DNA of 64,000 bases, taken from IMG/VR virus record IMGVR_UViG_3300025874_000005, positions 64,001-128,000 of that record; one strand, given 5' to 3'. The translations under genes were made by a program, and so were the position numbers. This document shows, one piece after another, positions 18,663 to 29,988 of this stretch (position 1 is its first letter; each line of letters opens with the position of its first letter). The notes beneath the pieces are model-generated. The model was not told where the DNA came from and made no database searches. It worked only from the letters and a program-made list of their open reading frames with translations. Source of the stretch: a virus.

Positions 18663-19024
18663 CAAATAAAAAAAATATAAAATTAATACGACAAGTATTT
18701 GATAAGGAAGCTTTTAATAATACTATAGATACAAATTTTACACAATTAACATCTGTAGATGATCCATCATTTTTTGATGTTAATTTGGCTACTCAAGAGG
18801 ATTTTTGGATATTGTATGGTAAGTTTTTTTATGAAATACCTAAAGATGGTGAGGTTAACTCACATGAATATTTAGTACAAACTAGTGGAGATTTTATTGA
18901 TTATGCTCCACAAAGGGAAGAAATAGAATCATTATTAGCAGAAATAGCAGAATTAAGAACAGAAAATTTAGAAGTAAGACAAGAGATTGCTCAAATAATC
19001 CAAGATTTTGCGGATAATCAATAA
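18659..19024 (+). CDS. hypothetical protein, C-terminal coiled coil
   Basis: ATGA overlap with the previous gene; EIESLLAEIAELR. Confidence 0.65.
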   Translation: MTNKKNIKLIRQVFDKEAFNNTIDTNFTQLTSVDDPSFFDVNLATQEDFWILYGKFFYEIPKDGEVNSHEYLVQTSGDFIDYAPQREEIESLLAEIAELRTENLEVRQEIAQIIQDFADNQ

Positions 19025-19035
19025 TATAATAGTTA

Positions 19036-22000
19036 ATGGAATATAAATTTGATGAATTAAAAGAAATGTCTAAAGCATTAGGTACAGATTATAAAAGCAA
19101 TCTCGAAAGAGATGCTGTTGTAACTCCTATAACTAATGATAGGGAAAATAATATTAATATTAGCTCTTCCTGCATTCAAATACCAGCATCTACAGTTGTT
19201 AGTATGGGGTATGATTTTGCTGAATCTGAAATTATCCCAAGTGAAGACATATCAGGTTCATTTTTTCAAAGTGGGAGTATAATTGAATTTTATACTTATA
19301 GTACTACAAAAACCTTATTATCTCAAGATTATAACTTTACTGATTATACAATTGAAGAGAATACAGCAATTGCTGATACTTCAGATGCAACTTCTTATAC
19401 AAACAGTCAAGGTGTTGCTGTAGTTAATACAGGATCTGCTTCTATCCCAACAAATAATATTACATTACAACCTACATTAGATTTATACGATAGAGGATTT
19501 GATAATGGTGAGTTATTTGCTGTGTATAATTTTATTAATTATGAATTAGCCTCATCAACAACTCAAACATTTTATATATCTGAAATATCAGGAGATAGAA
19601 CAGAAATAAGAATAAAATCTAATGCAATATCTGCTGTAGATATTAAAAATGGTTTTGCTTCATTAAAAGATAAATTAAACTCAACTGAATATTTTGATGA
19701 ATTTTATTTAAGTTTTTATCAAAATAATTATGTAGTTGCTGTTAATATTGCATTAGAATCTACTCCTGAAAAGGCATTAGATCCTTCTATATTAATTAAA
19801 TTATATGAACCATTACCTGCTAATTATAATGTTGAACAGAGATTATATGTTGCAACTAAAGTAGGAGAAACAGTAGCCTATAAAGTAGAATTTATTCAAG
19901 ATTTTTCAAATTTTATAGATAATGCAAATTACATTAAAGGTCCTAATGTTAATATTCCCCTTCAAGATTTAGTTAATAATTCAACAACTTTAAAATCTTA
20001 TGAAGATTTAACAAAAACCGAATCATCATCATCATTAGATAGTGTTTTAAATTATTTAAACCAAACTGGGGTAACAATCACTCCTAACTACTCATACAAC
20101 ACGTTTGATGAATATATTAATTTTTCTTCAGCAAAACAGAGAATTAATAATTTTTATGAAAAAGTATCTCAAATACAATCATACCAATCTGACATTGATA
20201 CTATCACAACAATAACAGGATCAAATCCTAATGTAATAGAAATATCTCAGAGTTTATCAAGTCTACAAACTAATATTACAAATTTAGTTTCAAATTTTGA
20301 TGGGTATGAAAGTTATCTTTATTATAATTCATCATCTTTTGCATATCCAAAAACTGGATCATCATATCCTTATTCCCTGTTACCAACAGGAAGTACAGAG
20401 GTATTAACATGGATGGGTAGTGATGTTGAAAATTCCCAATACTATGGAGGTTATGTATTATCAGCATCTTTATATGATGAAGATAATCAAAACTGGTTGT
20501 ATTATACTATACCAACTTTTATAACAGAAAATTCAGACAATAATGAATATGTAGAATTTTCTAATATGGTGGGTCAATCTTTTGATGAAGTATGGTTATA
20601 TACTAAAGCATTAAGTGAAAGATATAACACTACTAATGACCCAGAATCTGGATTGCCTTTAGATTTAGCTGCTGATGCTATAAAAGGTTTAGGATTTGAA
20701 ACTTTTGGAAATAATTATGACAACCAAGATAATTTTATAGGGTTAACAGGTGAAGATAATGGGATTTATGTTCCACCAACAGGAAGTGAATTAATTACAG
20801 ATTATGTAGCTGTAAATAATGGTAAAATAATAAATTACTGGAATTTAGGGTATTCATGGCTTAATTATGTAGAACAACTAATAGAACCAGGATTCCCATA
20901 TGCTATTGATAAAGTAAGTAAAGAAATATATAAACGTCTTTACCACAATATGGCTTATCTTACTAAGAAAAAAGGTACAATTAGTGGTTTAAGACAATTA
21001 ATTAATATTTGGGGTATTCCAAATACAATACTTCGAATTAATGAATTTGGGGGTAAAAATAAGGACAACTCAGATGATTATGATTTATGGTATAAACGTT
21101 ATAGTTACGCGTATACACCAGTTGCCAACCAATATATGGCAAGTTCGTCGGTTAAAGTACCTTGGATGCCATTACAACGTAATAAGATAGATAGTAATGA
21201 GTATATAGTACCTGATGGTCTTGCTTTTAGATTTAAAACTACAGGACACCCATCATCAAGTTATGGAGGTAAATTTTATAGCCAATCTTTAGCCGTTAAA
21301 AAATCAAATGGAACTAATGATCAACAAATGGATTGGGGTATTGGTTTATTTTATGAAGACCAACCATCAGGATCATATTCTGGGTCTAGTTTTAGTGATT
21401 ATTACAACTATGGTAAATTAAGATTTTATATGTCTGCCTCTCAACCCGATGGGGGAGTACAAATATCAGATGATATTGAATTACCATTTTTTGATGGAGG
21501 GTGGTGGAGTGTTTTACTACAAAGAGACCAACACGTAAGTGCTAGTACTAATGACACACCAACAACATATACTTTATTTGTAGCTAATAAGCAAGTAGAT
21601 GGTTGGGATGGAAATTCATTAGGATGGTCAGGATCAGTAAGTATGTCTTCAGCAAATATAGCTTTCAACTCAGGATATGGAGGAGGAACTTATGATAGTG
21701 TAGAATATGATTTACCAGAAGCTGTACATCCTACAATAAATGAATCTTGGAATAGTTTTGGAGTTACAGAATATGATGGTGTTTATGTTGGGGGGTATGT
21801 TTCAGGTTCAGATGTAATGACTGAAGTCTTAAATGAAGGAGCCAAAATATTTTCAGGATCTTTTCAAGAATTTAGATATTATTCTAACAATATTTCAAAA
21901 GAAGTATTTAATGATTTTGTAATGAATCCTGAATCCGTTGAAGGTAATAATGTTACAGGATCAGAATCATCATTTGATATTATTAACTTTAGAGCACCTT

Positions 22001-25000
22001 TAGGAAATGAATTAGAATATAAATTTACGGCATCCGTAAGTGAATCATTCTCAACTCTTATATCATCATCACACCCATCAATTACAGGATCAGCACCTAT
22101 GGTGTTTACCCAATCTTTTATCAATCCTTCAAATTCTTCACTAACTTCAAGTTATGAATTTATTGGGTATGAAGCAGCATCTACCTACACTTATAGTAAA
22201 CCTAACGTAGAAACATACTTTCTAGACCAACCAGCAATAGGAATTAGAAATAGAATTTCAAATAAAATTCAAGTTGATGATGGTAGTGATTATGGTAATG
22301 TATTATCTAAATATAGAAGTATAGATCAAGACTATTTAATTAGCAAAAGTTATACTGAAGATATAACAAGTTTAGAAGTAGGATTTTCACCACAGGATGA
22401 AGTAAATGATGATATAATAGCAACTTATGGTTATGGTGTAATATCAGATGTATTAGCTGATCCTAGATTTGCTTATGAGGGTAAAGAAAACTATTACCCT
22501 AAATTAAGAAATATAGCAAATGAATATTTTAAAAAATATACAGAAGGTGATGTTTGGGATTATTTAAGATTAATTAAATATTTTGATAATTCATTATTTA
22601 AAGCAATTAAATCATACGTACCCGCTCGTACTAGTGTAACTACAGGTGTTATAGTTAAACAACATATGTTGGAGCGTAATCGTCGTGTACCTATTACAGT
22701 TAATCCAAATACGATAATAGCATACACACCTGAAACAGGATCAATAGTAGGTGGTCAATCTACAGCTACAGGAATGAATAGTCCAATCTCATATAGAGAT
22801 TTAGAACTTACAGGAAGTATTAAGATGGTTGATATTGGTGGATCAACAGGAGGAGTTTTAAATCCTTACAATGTTGAAGTTACCCAATCTGGATTTTTCT
22901 CATATTTTTCGTCTAATACTCCTGGTAATTTACCAGACCAATATATTAATCTGATTCCTCAAGGTGGAAGTACAGCAACATATGGAGATATAGTATTATC
23001 TAGATTTGGAACTTCTTTAAAACAAGGTTTAAGATTAAAAACCCCAATTAAAACAAGATTTCTTTTTAACCAAACTAATACTGTAGGTGAGTTAGGATTT
23101 GATGAAGGATTTGAATTTGCAGTATCATCATCTATAAGAGGAATTATAGGTACTGATATAATAACTTCATCTTCATTGTCTCCTATTGGAGCTACAATTG
23201 CAAGTTCTTCATACTATGAAATGCTCCCAGGGGAAGATATTACTTTCTGGTTTAAAGGTATGGATGTTAGTGATCCAAATAATCCTATACCTGCTTCTGT
23301 AACTATGGAAAACTTCCTTTGGTCGATGTATTCTGTAAACCAACCAAACGCAAATGATTTTCAAGGTGCTGTTCTCCCATTTTCATCAAGTATATGGAAT
23401 TCATTTACTACACAATCCTACATTATAGAAAATAAAACTATATCTGGTAGTGTTTATGAATTACATAAATCACAAGATGAATTTTATAATGGAGAATTCA
23501 GTGGAAGTGAAATAACAGTAACAACTCAATCTTTACTAGTAAATCCTTTTAGTGAGCCAAATACAATAAATACTACATATAACTTAATAGTTACTGCAAG
23601 TTTTGGTGCATATCAAAATAGTTCATGGAATACTACAGACCCATTTCAAAACACATTCCCTTCAGGTACTTTTGATTTACAATCAACATCCTCATTTTAT
23701 GACCCAACAAAAGAAGGACTTGGGTTAGAATCAGTTTATAATTTATGGGCTGAGTGGGAAATAGATAATAGTTTTTCTACAAAAACGGGTTCTATATTTT
23801 ATTATCAAGACCCAACTCAACCAGAAGATTGGTGGATTGTAGGGTTAATTTTACCCAGTCAAATGGACATCCCAGCAGGTTCTATTTCAAATAAATTTGG
23901 GAGTTATTTAGGTTGGTCTAGCCAAAATTTATCAAATGGTGAAGTTGTAGCTAGAAAAAATTCTAATGGTTCAGTCATAGAAGTACCCCAAGAATCAAAT
24001 ATAAATCCTATAAACCAAGTACCCCCAGAATACTCAGGCATTCCTGCTATCGAAGGTGGAGAGAATACACCAAACCAGTGGGGTCCTTATATAAAATTCC
24101 CAACTACATCGGGTTCAATGAATCAATTTTATGCCATAGGTTTAAATGTTGATTATGGTATTACAGACCCACAATATAATAATATGAAGTATGAGGAAAT
24201 ATTTTCTAATATGTTAGGAAATAATGATTCAGTACTTAAATATTATAGCACGACAGGTATAATCAATACGGGTGACCCAGATGCCCCAACAATTACAACA
24301 ACATCAGCAACATATGGAATAACTAAATATTGGTTTAAGGATCCTTGGAATAATGGGGGTAGACCTATTAGACTTAATCAGCCAACATCTTTTGGACCAT
24401 CCCCAGATATGTTTACGGAAACAGTCCGTGGCATAGAAGTTTATCTTTCACCTGAAAGAATACAAAGAACTAAATTTGCCGACAATCAAAAAGATGGAAC
24501 TCTTAATAATTATGGAATAGGATCAGCAAGTTTAGCATTGATAGGATCCACATGGACAGGTTCATGGTATGATGGGTCAGGCTGGTTTCCAGAACAATTA
24601 ACATTTAATAATGAAACTCAAGATCCAGATACAGGAGTAATTAATAATAATTTATCTACTTTTGCAAATGAACCATCATTTGAATTAAACCTTCCTAATT
24701 ATATAGGTACACCAGCTCCTATAGATTCTTATGGAAAAGCAGGTAATGTCTTTATCCAATCTTTAAATGATTTAGAAGGTATTTCCTTTTTACAAGATTC
24801 AACAAGTCCGGGATGGACAGTATTTAATTATAACCCACAAAATAGTAGATATTTAAGTGGTTCAGTTAACGGAAGTTTCCCACTTATACAATATAACCCA
24901 TCAGGACCTCAAGATTCAGAGTATGTTAATTTTAACCCTCAATTACCTTCAAATAACTTAGAATTTGAAAACTCATCATATTATCCTTTAATAAATAATG

Positions 25001-27204
25001 CTACTGAAAGTGTAAAAAATACTTATTTGCAAGTTGTAGAGTATGATAATGGTCCAATTCCATCAAATATTGAACCTATAATATCTCAATCAGCATTAAA
25101 AGCAAGAGTGCCAGATAGTTTTTATACTCAAAAATCCTCAATCATACCAAGATATTTAGGAAGTAAATTACAAAGTGCAGATTATAATACTTATACTCCA
25201 CCACTAACAAATATTACTTACCTAAACGGTAATATAACAGGAAGTATGTTTTCAGGGTCTAATGAAACATTCACAATAGCTACTACTTGTTTTGTAGAAG
25301 GTACTAAAATATCTACAACAAAAGATAGTATTAAAAATGTTGAAGATTTTAAACCTGGAGATTTTATATTAACATACAATCCTGATGATAATAAACAAGA
25401 AGAAGGTGTTGTAGGAAGTATTGATACAAAATTAGTTTCATCTTTAATAGAAATAACATTTGATAATGGTAATATTATTCAAACAACAGAAGAACATCCA
25501 TTTTATGTTAAAGATAAAGGACTTGTAAATGCTTCTGAATTAAAACCTTTGGATATTTGTAAAACTATAAATGAAGATTTATCAACAATAACAACAGTAA
25601 ACAAAATTAAAGGAGATTATAAAGTATATAATATAATAGATGTAAATCCTAATAGTAATTACTATGCAAATGGTATATTAGTTCACAATAAAGGGGTAAT
25701 TATTACAACATATACTTCACCATCTTGGTTAGGAGATTCAAGCCCCCAACAGATGCCTTCTGAAGGAGTAGCATTTTCAACAATTTCAAAACATCCAATT
25801 TATTTTGCTCATTATAGATCTTCAAAAGAAACTTATGAGTTATGGGATTCTACAACATTTAATATAGATCAATTAATTGAATCACCTTTAGAGGATATTA
25901 GAGGTGAAAAAGCCCCAACAACCCCAGTAGTAGTTAGTATTGATGGGTCTGATGATCAAATAACAGAAGTAAGAAGTACATTTGAAGTAGATAGAAAATC
26001 TGATGTTAATTATAATGTAGGAAAAGTAAAAGGACTATCAGGATCACTTTCAACTATTAATTATGGTTCATTAGCTGTTGGTGATAATACAATATATCAA
26101 GGTGCTTTAGAATATAATGCTTTATTATCTAATGAACCCAACCAAACATCATATGCTAAATTTATGGCTTTTAACACCGGGAGTATTTTTGGAATGTATA
26201 AATCTACAGGCTCAGGTACATATGGAAAACCAACATCAAGTAATTTTATAGATTTAACCTTACAAAAAGCACCAGGAAGTGGTGGTTGGGGACTTTCACA
26301 AATGGCAGGTTATGATTTTTTCTTATCAGCAAGTCAAGATTCAGATCCAACTTCTCCAAACTATCAAGGTGGATATTTAAGGCTACTTGGGGGAGGAGTA
26401 ACAATTACAGCATCAGCTGAAGCAATTCCGGATGCAGCCTCAACATACCAATGGATCTCAGGTCCAGGATTAGGTGCTATTCACTCTGTAAATAAATGTT
26501 TACAAAAAGGACAATTTGCAACTAATATTAACATAATAACTCCAACTATCAATCAATTAGGATGGCCTATTGGTGCTAAACGAATAAAGCAAGACTCAAT
26601 ATTTTTTACATGGGATGTAGGACAATCAGCAAATGCTACAAGTTCAATTGGCTCTTATGTTTCCCCCAACCCACTAACTAAAGGTTATTTTCCAGAAATA
26701 GCAAACTACCAAGACTATTCTCTACCTTTTTTAATTGAAAAGGGAGATGAAATTAGAATTGCATATTCATCATCTGCTAATTCTCAAGGTAAAGCATTTA
26801 TAAATGAACAAGATTTCACAGTAGTAGATGTTCCCCATTCACCTGATAATAACCATGGTTATGTTTGTCCTGGTTTTGCTGTTACCCAAACTATAAATTC
26901 AGCATCTATTTTCGATAGAATTTATGTTTCTCCAAACCCAATGAATTTTGATATAGAAGATAATAAAATATTTAATTTTACTATAAGAAGAAGAGTTAAT
27001 GCTTCTGATAGAGTTATAATATTCCAATCTAACCCAACAGGATCAGAGGGTGCTAGAACATTTGGCCCATCAGGATATTTAATACCTGGGGATTTTACAC
27101 CTATCCAAAAAAGAAATGTTCAAACTTTAATAAATCAATTAAGAGCTAAAAATGCTTTTAGAGCAGATGAAGACAATGACACAAGAAGAGCTCCAACTGA
27201 ATAA
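19036..27204 (+). CDS. giant baseplate/tail protein (gp7-like) with LamG-like and Hint domains
   Basis: 2722 aa. KKGTISGLRQLINIWG baseplate motif; ConA/LamG-like FDGGWWSV...FSGSFQEFRYY; Hint domain at aa 2085-2218. Confidence 0.7.
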   Translation: MEYKFDELKEMSKALGTDYKSNLERDAVVTPITNDRENNINISSSCIQIPASTVVSMGYDFAESEIIPSEDISGSFFQSGSIIEFYTYSTTKTLLSQDYNFTDYTIEENTAIADTSDATSYTNSQGVAVVNTGSASIPTNNITLQPTLDLYDRGFDNGELFAVYNFINYELASSTTQTFYISEISGDRTEIRIKSNAISAVDIKNGFASLKDKLNSTEYFDEFYLSFYQNNYVVAVNIALESTPEKALDPSILIKLYEPLPANYNVEQRLYVATKVGETVAYKVEFIQDFSNFIDNANYIKGPNVNIPLQDLVNNSTTLKSYEDLTKTESSSSLDSVLNYLNQTGVTITPNYSYNTFDEYINFSSAKQRINNFYEKVSQIQSYQSDIDTITTITGSNPNVIEISQSLSSLQTNITNLVSNFDGYESYLYYNSSSFAYPKTGSSYPYSLLPTGSTEVLTWMGSDVENSQYYGGYVLSASLYDEDNQNWLYYTIPTFITENSDNNEYVEFSNMVGQSFDEVWLYTKALSERYNTTNDPESGLPLDLAADAIKGLGFETFGNNYDNQDNFIGLTGEDNGIYVPPTGSELITDYVAVNNGKIINYWNLGYSWLNYVEQLIEPGFPYAIDKVSKEIYKRLYHNMAYLTKKKGTISGLRQLINIWGIPNTILRINEFGGKNKDNSDDYDLWYKRYSYAYTPVANQYMASSSVKVPWMPLQRNKIDSNEYIVPDGLAFRFKTTGHPSSSYGGKFYSQSLAVKKSNGTNDQQMDWGIGLFYEDQPSGSYSGSSFSDYYNYGKLRFYMSASQPDGGVQISDDIELPFFDGGWWSVLLQRDQHVSASTNDTPTTYTLFVANKQVDGWDGNSLGWSGSVSMSSANIAFNSGYGGGTYDSVEYDLPEAVHPTINESWNSFGVTEYDGVYVGGYVSGSDVMTEVLNEGAKIFSGSFQEFRYYSNNISKEVFNDFVMNPESVEGNNVTGSESSFDIINFRAPLGNELEYKFTASVSESFSTLISSSHPSITGSAPMVFTQSFINPSNSSLTSSYEFIGYEAASTYTYSKPNVETYFLDQPAIGIRNRISNKIQVDDGSDYGNVLSKYRSIDQDYLISKSYTEDITSLEVGFSPQDEVNDDIIATYGYGVISDVLADPRFAYEGKENYYPKLRNIANEYFKKYTEGDVWDYLRLIKYFDNSLFKAIKSYVPARTSVTTGVIVKQHMLERNRRVPITVNPNTIIAYTPETGSIVGGQSTATGMNSPISYRDLELTGSIKMVDIGGSTGGVLNPYNVEVTQSGFFSYFSSNTPGNLPDQYINLIPQGGSTATYGDIVLSRFGTSLKQGLRLKTPIKTRFLFNQTNTVGELGFDEGFEFAVSSSIRGIIGTDIITSSSLSPIGATIASSSYYEMLPGEDITFWFKGMDVSDPNNPIPASVTMENFLWSMYSVNQPNANDFQGAVLPFSSSIWNSFTTQSYIIENKTISGSVYELHKSQDEFYNGEFSGSEITVTTQSLLVNPFSEPNTINTTYNLIVTASFGAYQNSSWNTTDPFQNTFPSGTFDLQSTSSFYDPTKEGLGLESVYNLWAEWEIDNSFSTKTGSIFYYQDPTQPEDWWIVGLILPSQMDIPAGSISNKFGSYLGWSSQNLSNGEVVARKNSNGSVIEVPQESNINPINQVPPEYSGIPAIEGGENTPNQWGPYIKFPTTSGSMNQFYAIGLNVDYGITDPQYNNMKYEEIFSNMLGNNDSVLKYYSTTGIINTGDPDAPTITTTSATYGITKYWFKDPWNNGGRPIRLNQPTSFGPSPDMFTETVRGIEVYLSPERIQRTKFADNQKDGTLNNYGIGSASLALIGSTWTGSWYDGSGWFPEQLTFNNETQDPDTGVINNNLSTFANEPSFELNLPNYIGTPAPIDSYGKAGNVFIQSLNDLEGISFLQDSTSPGWTVFNYNPQNSRYLSGSVNGSFPLIQYNPSGPQDSEYVNFNPQLPSNNLEFENSSYYPLINNATESVKNTYLQVVEYDNGPIPSNIEPIISQSALKARVPDSFYTQKSSIIPRYLGSKLQSADYNTYTPPLTNITYLNGNITGSMFSGSNETFTIATTCFVEGTKISTTKDSIKNVEDFKPGDFILTYNPDDNKQEEGVVGSIDTKLVSSLIEITFDNGNIIQTTEEHPFYVKDKGLVNASELKPLDICKTINEDLSTITTVNKIKGDYKVYNIIDVNPNSNYYANGILVHNKGVIITTYTSPSWLGDSSPQQMPSEGVAFSTISKHPIYFAHYRSSKETYELWDSTTFNIDQLIESPLEDIRGEKAPTTPVVVSIDGSDDQITEVRSTFEVDRKSDVNYNVGKVKGLSGSLSTINYGSLAVGDNTIYQGALEYNALLSNEPNQTSYAKFMAFNTGSIFGMYKSTGSGTYGKPTSSNFIDLTLQKAPGSGGWGLSQMAGYDFFLSASQDSDPTSPNYQGGYLRLLGGGVTITASAEAIPDAASTYQWISGPGLGAIHSVNKCLQKGQFATNINIITPTINQLGWPIGAKRIKQDSIFFTWDVGQSANATSSIGSYVSPNPLTKGYFPEIANYQDYSLPFLIEKGDEIRIAYSSSANSQGKAFINEQDFTVVDVPHSPDNNHGYVCPGFAVTQTINSASIFDRIYVSPNPMNFDIEDNKIFNFTIRRRVNASDRVIIFQSNPTGSEGARTFGPSGYLIPGDFTPIQKRNVQTLINQLRAKNAFRADEDNDTRRAPTE
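25288..25689 (+). other. Hint (intein-like) domain, no homing endonuclease
   Basis: CFVEGTKI...TTEEHPF...VYNI...NYYANGILVHN followed by K; 134 aa. Confidence 0.9.
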
Positions 27205-27261
27205 TATAACTTGGAGTAAAAACAAAAAAAACGTATATTTATAATTAAAATAACATAGCAA

Positions 27262-27936
27262 ATGGGATATTTAAACAATCAGGTAGTAACAGTAGATGCT
27301 ATCTTAACAACAAAAGGAAGAGAACTTTTAGCAAGAGGTGATGGTTCTTTTAACATAAGGTCTTTCGCATTATCAGATGATGAAATAGATTATACATTGT
27401 ATAATCCAACAAACCCTTCAGGTTCTGCTTATTATGGTGAAGCTATTCAAAATATGCCATTATTAGAAGCATTTCCAGATGAAACTCAAATGATGAAGTA
27501 TAAGTTAGTAACTTTACCAAGAGACACAGCAACAATGCCAGTAGTTTCAGCTGGTGGCTTCTCAGCAGTAAAATTAAAACAAACATTATCTACTACTATT
27601 ACACCACAAACTGCAAACTATTTAGGCAATAATGCAGTAAATGAAGCATCTGGGTATATGTTTACAGTTAGTGATGTAAGACAATTTTCAGTAGTTCAAG
27701 GGGATGGTATTACATCTAAATCTGCAAATAGTTTAAATGAGAATTCAATGATTACAAATGGTACTAATGTATCTAGAACCGTAATAGGAATGTCTTGTAC
27801 TTTAACAGCAACAGGTATTGCTACTTTATTTGGTCAAGGAGGTAATTCAACTAGTACTTTATTTAGCACTTTAACTATTATAGGAATGGATTCAGGAGCA
27901 AGAGTTCAAATTCCAATCCAAATCACTAGAACATAA
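27262..27936 (+). CDS. virion structural protein
   Basis: MGYLNN..TVDAILTTKGRELLA..FALSDDEIDY; late motif upstream. Confidence 0.6.
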   Translation: MGYLNNQVVTVDAILTTKGRELLARGDGSFNIRSFALSDDEIDYTLYNPTNPSGSAYYGEAIQNMPLLEAFPDETQMMKYKLVTLPRDTATMPVVSAGGFSAVKLKQTLSTTITPQTANYLGNNAVNEASGYMFTVSDVRQFSVVQGDGITSKSANSLNENSMITNGTNVSRTVIGMSCTLTATGIATLFGQGGNSTSTLFSTLTIIGMDSGARVQIPIQITRT

Positions 27937-27948
27937 AAATAAAAAAAT

Positions 27949-29019
27949 ATGGCAGTTCAAATAACAAATGATAATCAAATAACAGCGTTCTACCCAATAG
28001 AACCTCAGGATATGATTATTAGTACTGAAAATGTAACCAGTACAGTATGGGAAAATAATCAACCTACACTAACAACGATGTTTACATCATCAGTACAAGC
28101 AGCAAGTGCCACGGGGCAATTCTATTATAGTATTTATGGCTCTGAAGAAGCTACAGGTTCTGTACAATTTGCAATAGCTTATTGTGATGCTGATGGTAGC
28201 GGTAGTTTATTATACAACCCTAATGTTAATGGTTTATCACCAACAAGAACAAATTATGGACAATATAGAAATTTAATTCTAGGAGATGAAGAATCTTCAT
28301 TTGTATTTGGAAATCAATCATCATCATATTTTTATGCTTTACCTATTGAAAGAGCAGGATATAAAGAAGAAATCCTACCAGGAGTATGGACTTTAGCACT
28401 TTCTGATGGTACTGGGAATAATATATATCTTACAGATGATAGTAAATTAGGAGGAGCAGCAGTATTTTCAGAAGCTGGTAGAGTTTATAACATAGTAACA
28501 GGATCAGCAGGTAATGTTTATACTTCTGTTACTCAACCACAAGGATGGACACTAAACTCAGGATCTTATGGGTTTTTACTACCAGATATTGGAGTAATAT
28601 TATTAAGTGGTGAAGCATTAGATGGTACAGTAGCAGATTCAGGTATTAATTTACAAACAGACAGAACATCAAATAGCCAAGAAAATAATCCTAAATTAAT
28701 GTTTGAAGCTATGGATGATGCCTCAGCTATATCACCATCACCAGGGTTTACTTTAAACTCACAAGAAAATCTTTCATCAGATTTTATATTTTGTAGAGCT
28801 AGAAGTCAAAATTCAAATTATTCAACAAACCCATCATTTATCTCAGGTTCAGATGGAGCTGTATTATATAATTCTTTTATTAATGACCCCCAAGTATATA
28901 TTACTACAGTAGGTTTATATAACAATGATCAGGAATTAGTAGCAGTTGCTAAACTTTCAAGACCTTTGTTAAAAGATTTTACTAAGGAATTACTTGTAAG
29001 GATCAAGTTAGACTTCTAA
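27949..29019 (+). CDS. virion structural protein (tail/baseplate; paralog A)
   Basis: C-terminal YITTVGLYNNDQELVAVAKLSRP motif, typical of tail-collar/baseplate attachment domains. Confidence 0.6.
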   Translation: MAVQITNDNQITAFYPIEPQDMIISTENVTSTVWENNQPTLTTMFTSSVQAASATGQFYYSIYGSEEATGSVQFAIAYCDADGSGSLLYNPNVNGLSPTRTNYGQYRNLILGDEESSFVFGNQSSSYFYALPIERAGYKEEILPGVWTLALSDGTGNNIYLTDDSKLGGAAVFSEAGRVYNIVTGSAGNVYTSVTQPQGWTLNSGSYGFLLPDIGVILLSGEALDGTVADSGINLQTDRTSNSQENNPKLMFEAMDDASAISPSPGFTLNSQENLSSDFIFCRARSQNSNYSTNPSFISGSDGAVLYNSFINDPQVYITTVGLYNNDQELVAVAKLSRPLLKDFTKELLVRIKLDF

Positions 29020-29022
29020 TGA

Positions 29023-29988
29023 ATGAGCGCTTGGAAACAATTCACAACAAAGGATGTTACAATAACTCCATTTACAGCAGATAAAGGATTTACTTTTACA
29101 GGTAATGAAATTACAGGGTCTGAAAATGGTATTAATATTTACTCTGGTAACAATGTAAATTATACATCATCACTTAATATTCAAACTGGATTTGAATATT
29201 CTTCCTCAGTAAATTCTATATGGAATAGTGCAAAACAATTATATTACACAAATTACATATCTTCAAGTAAAGGAGATTTTGTAAACACAGGTAGTATACT
29301 TCCGGGAGTTACAAGAGAAGATGACAGATCTATTGGTAATATAGAATCACCTTTATATGATAATTACCTTCAATCTTCTTTACTTCAAGAAAGATACTGG
29401 AATACTGGAAGTGAACAAAATACTCCCATATCACAAATAACTTCAATATCTATACCAACTAAACTTTATGGGGAAAAAGTAATACCTGGAACTTTTCTAT
29501 TTACAACATCAACACCTGATTATCCTACCGGAATAACTTTAAAGGATGATGGTGAGGGAAATATTATATCTGGATCACAAGATGTAGTAATTGGTCAAAT
29601 ATTTTACTCTCATGGTATGGTTATACTTACTAGAGATGCCCGTTCTACTAATATAGGCAATTCAATTAATAGTAATCCTGCATTATTAGGTAATACAACT
29701 ATAGCATTTTCTTCATCACTAACTATTTATGAACAACAATATAAATGTGTTATATTAGAAAACGAATTAGGATACTCACTAAATCCATCCCTATTAACTC
29801 AATCTATTCCGGGTGATAGTAGTGAACAATATTATCCTTTTGTAACAGGTTCATTTTTTGAACCATACATTACTTGTGTAGGATTGTATAATGAATCACA
29901 ACAATTAGTAGCTGTAGGAAAATTATCTTTCCCATTACCAGTATCTCAGTTTACAGATACAACAGTTATTGTAAATTTCGACGTATGA
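29023..29988 (+). CDS. virion structural protein (tail/baseplate; paralog B)
   Basis: C-terminal YITCVGLYNESQQLVAVGKLSFP; also shares the I.PG..L.DD motif with the previous gene. Confidence 0.6.
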   Translation: MSAWKQFTTKDVTITPFTADKGFTFTGNEITGSENGINIYSGNNVNYTSSLNIQTGFEYSSSVNSIWNSAKQLYYTNYISSSKGDFVNTGSILPGVTREDDRSIGNIESPLYDNYLQSSLLQERYWNTGSEQNTPISQITSISIPTKLYGEKVIPGTFLFTTSTPDYPTGITLKDDGEGNIISGSQDVVIGQIFYSHGMVILTRDARSTNIGNSINSNPALLGNTTIAFSSSLTIYEQQYKCVILENELGYSLNPSLLTQSIPGDSSEQYYPFVTGSFFEPYITCVGLYNESQQLVAVGKLSFPLPVSQFTDTTVIVNFDV

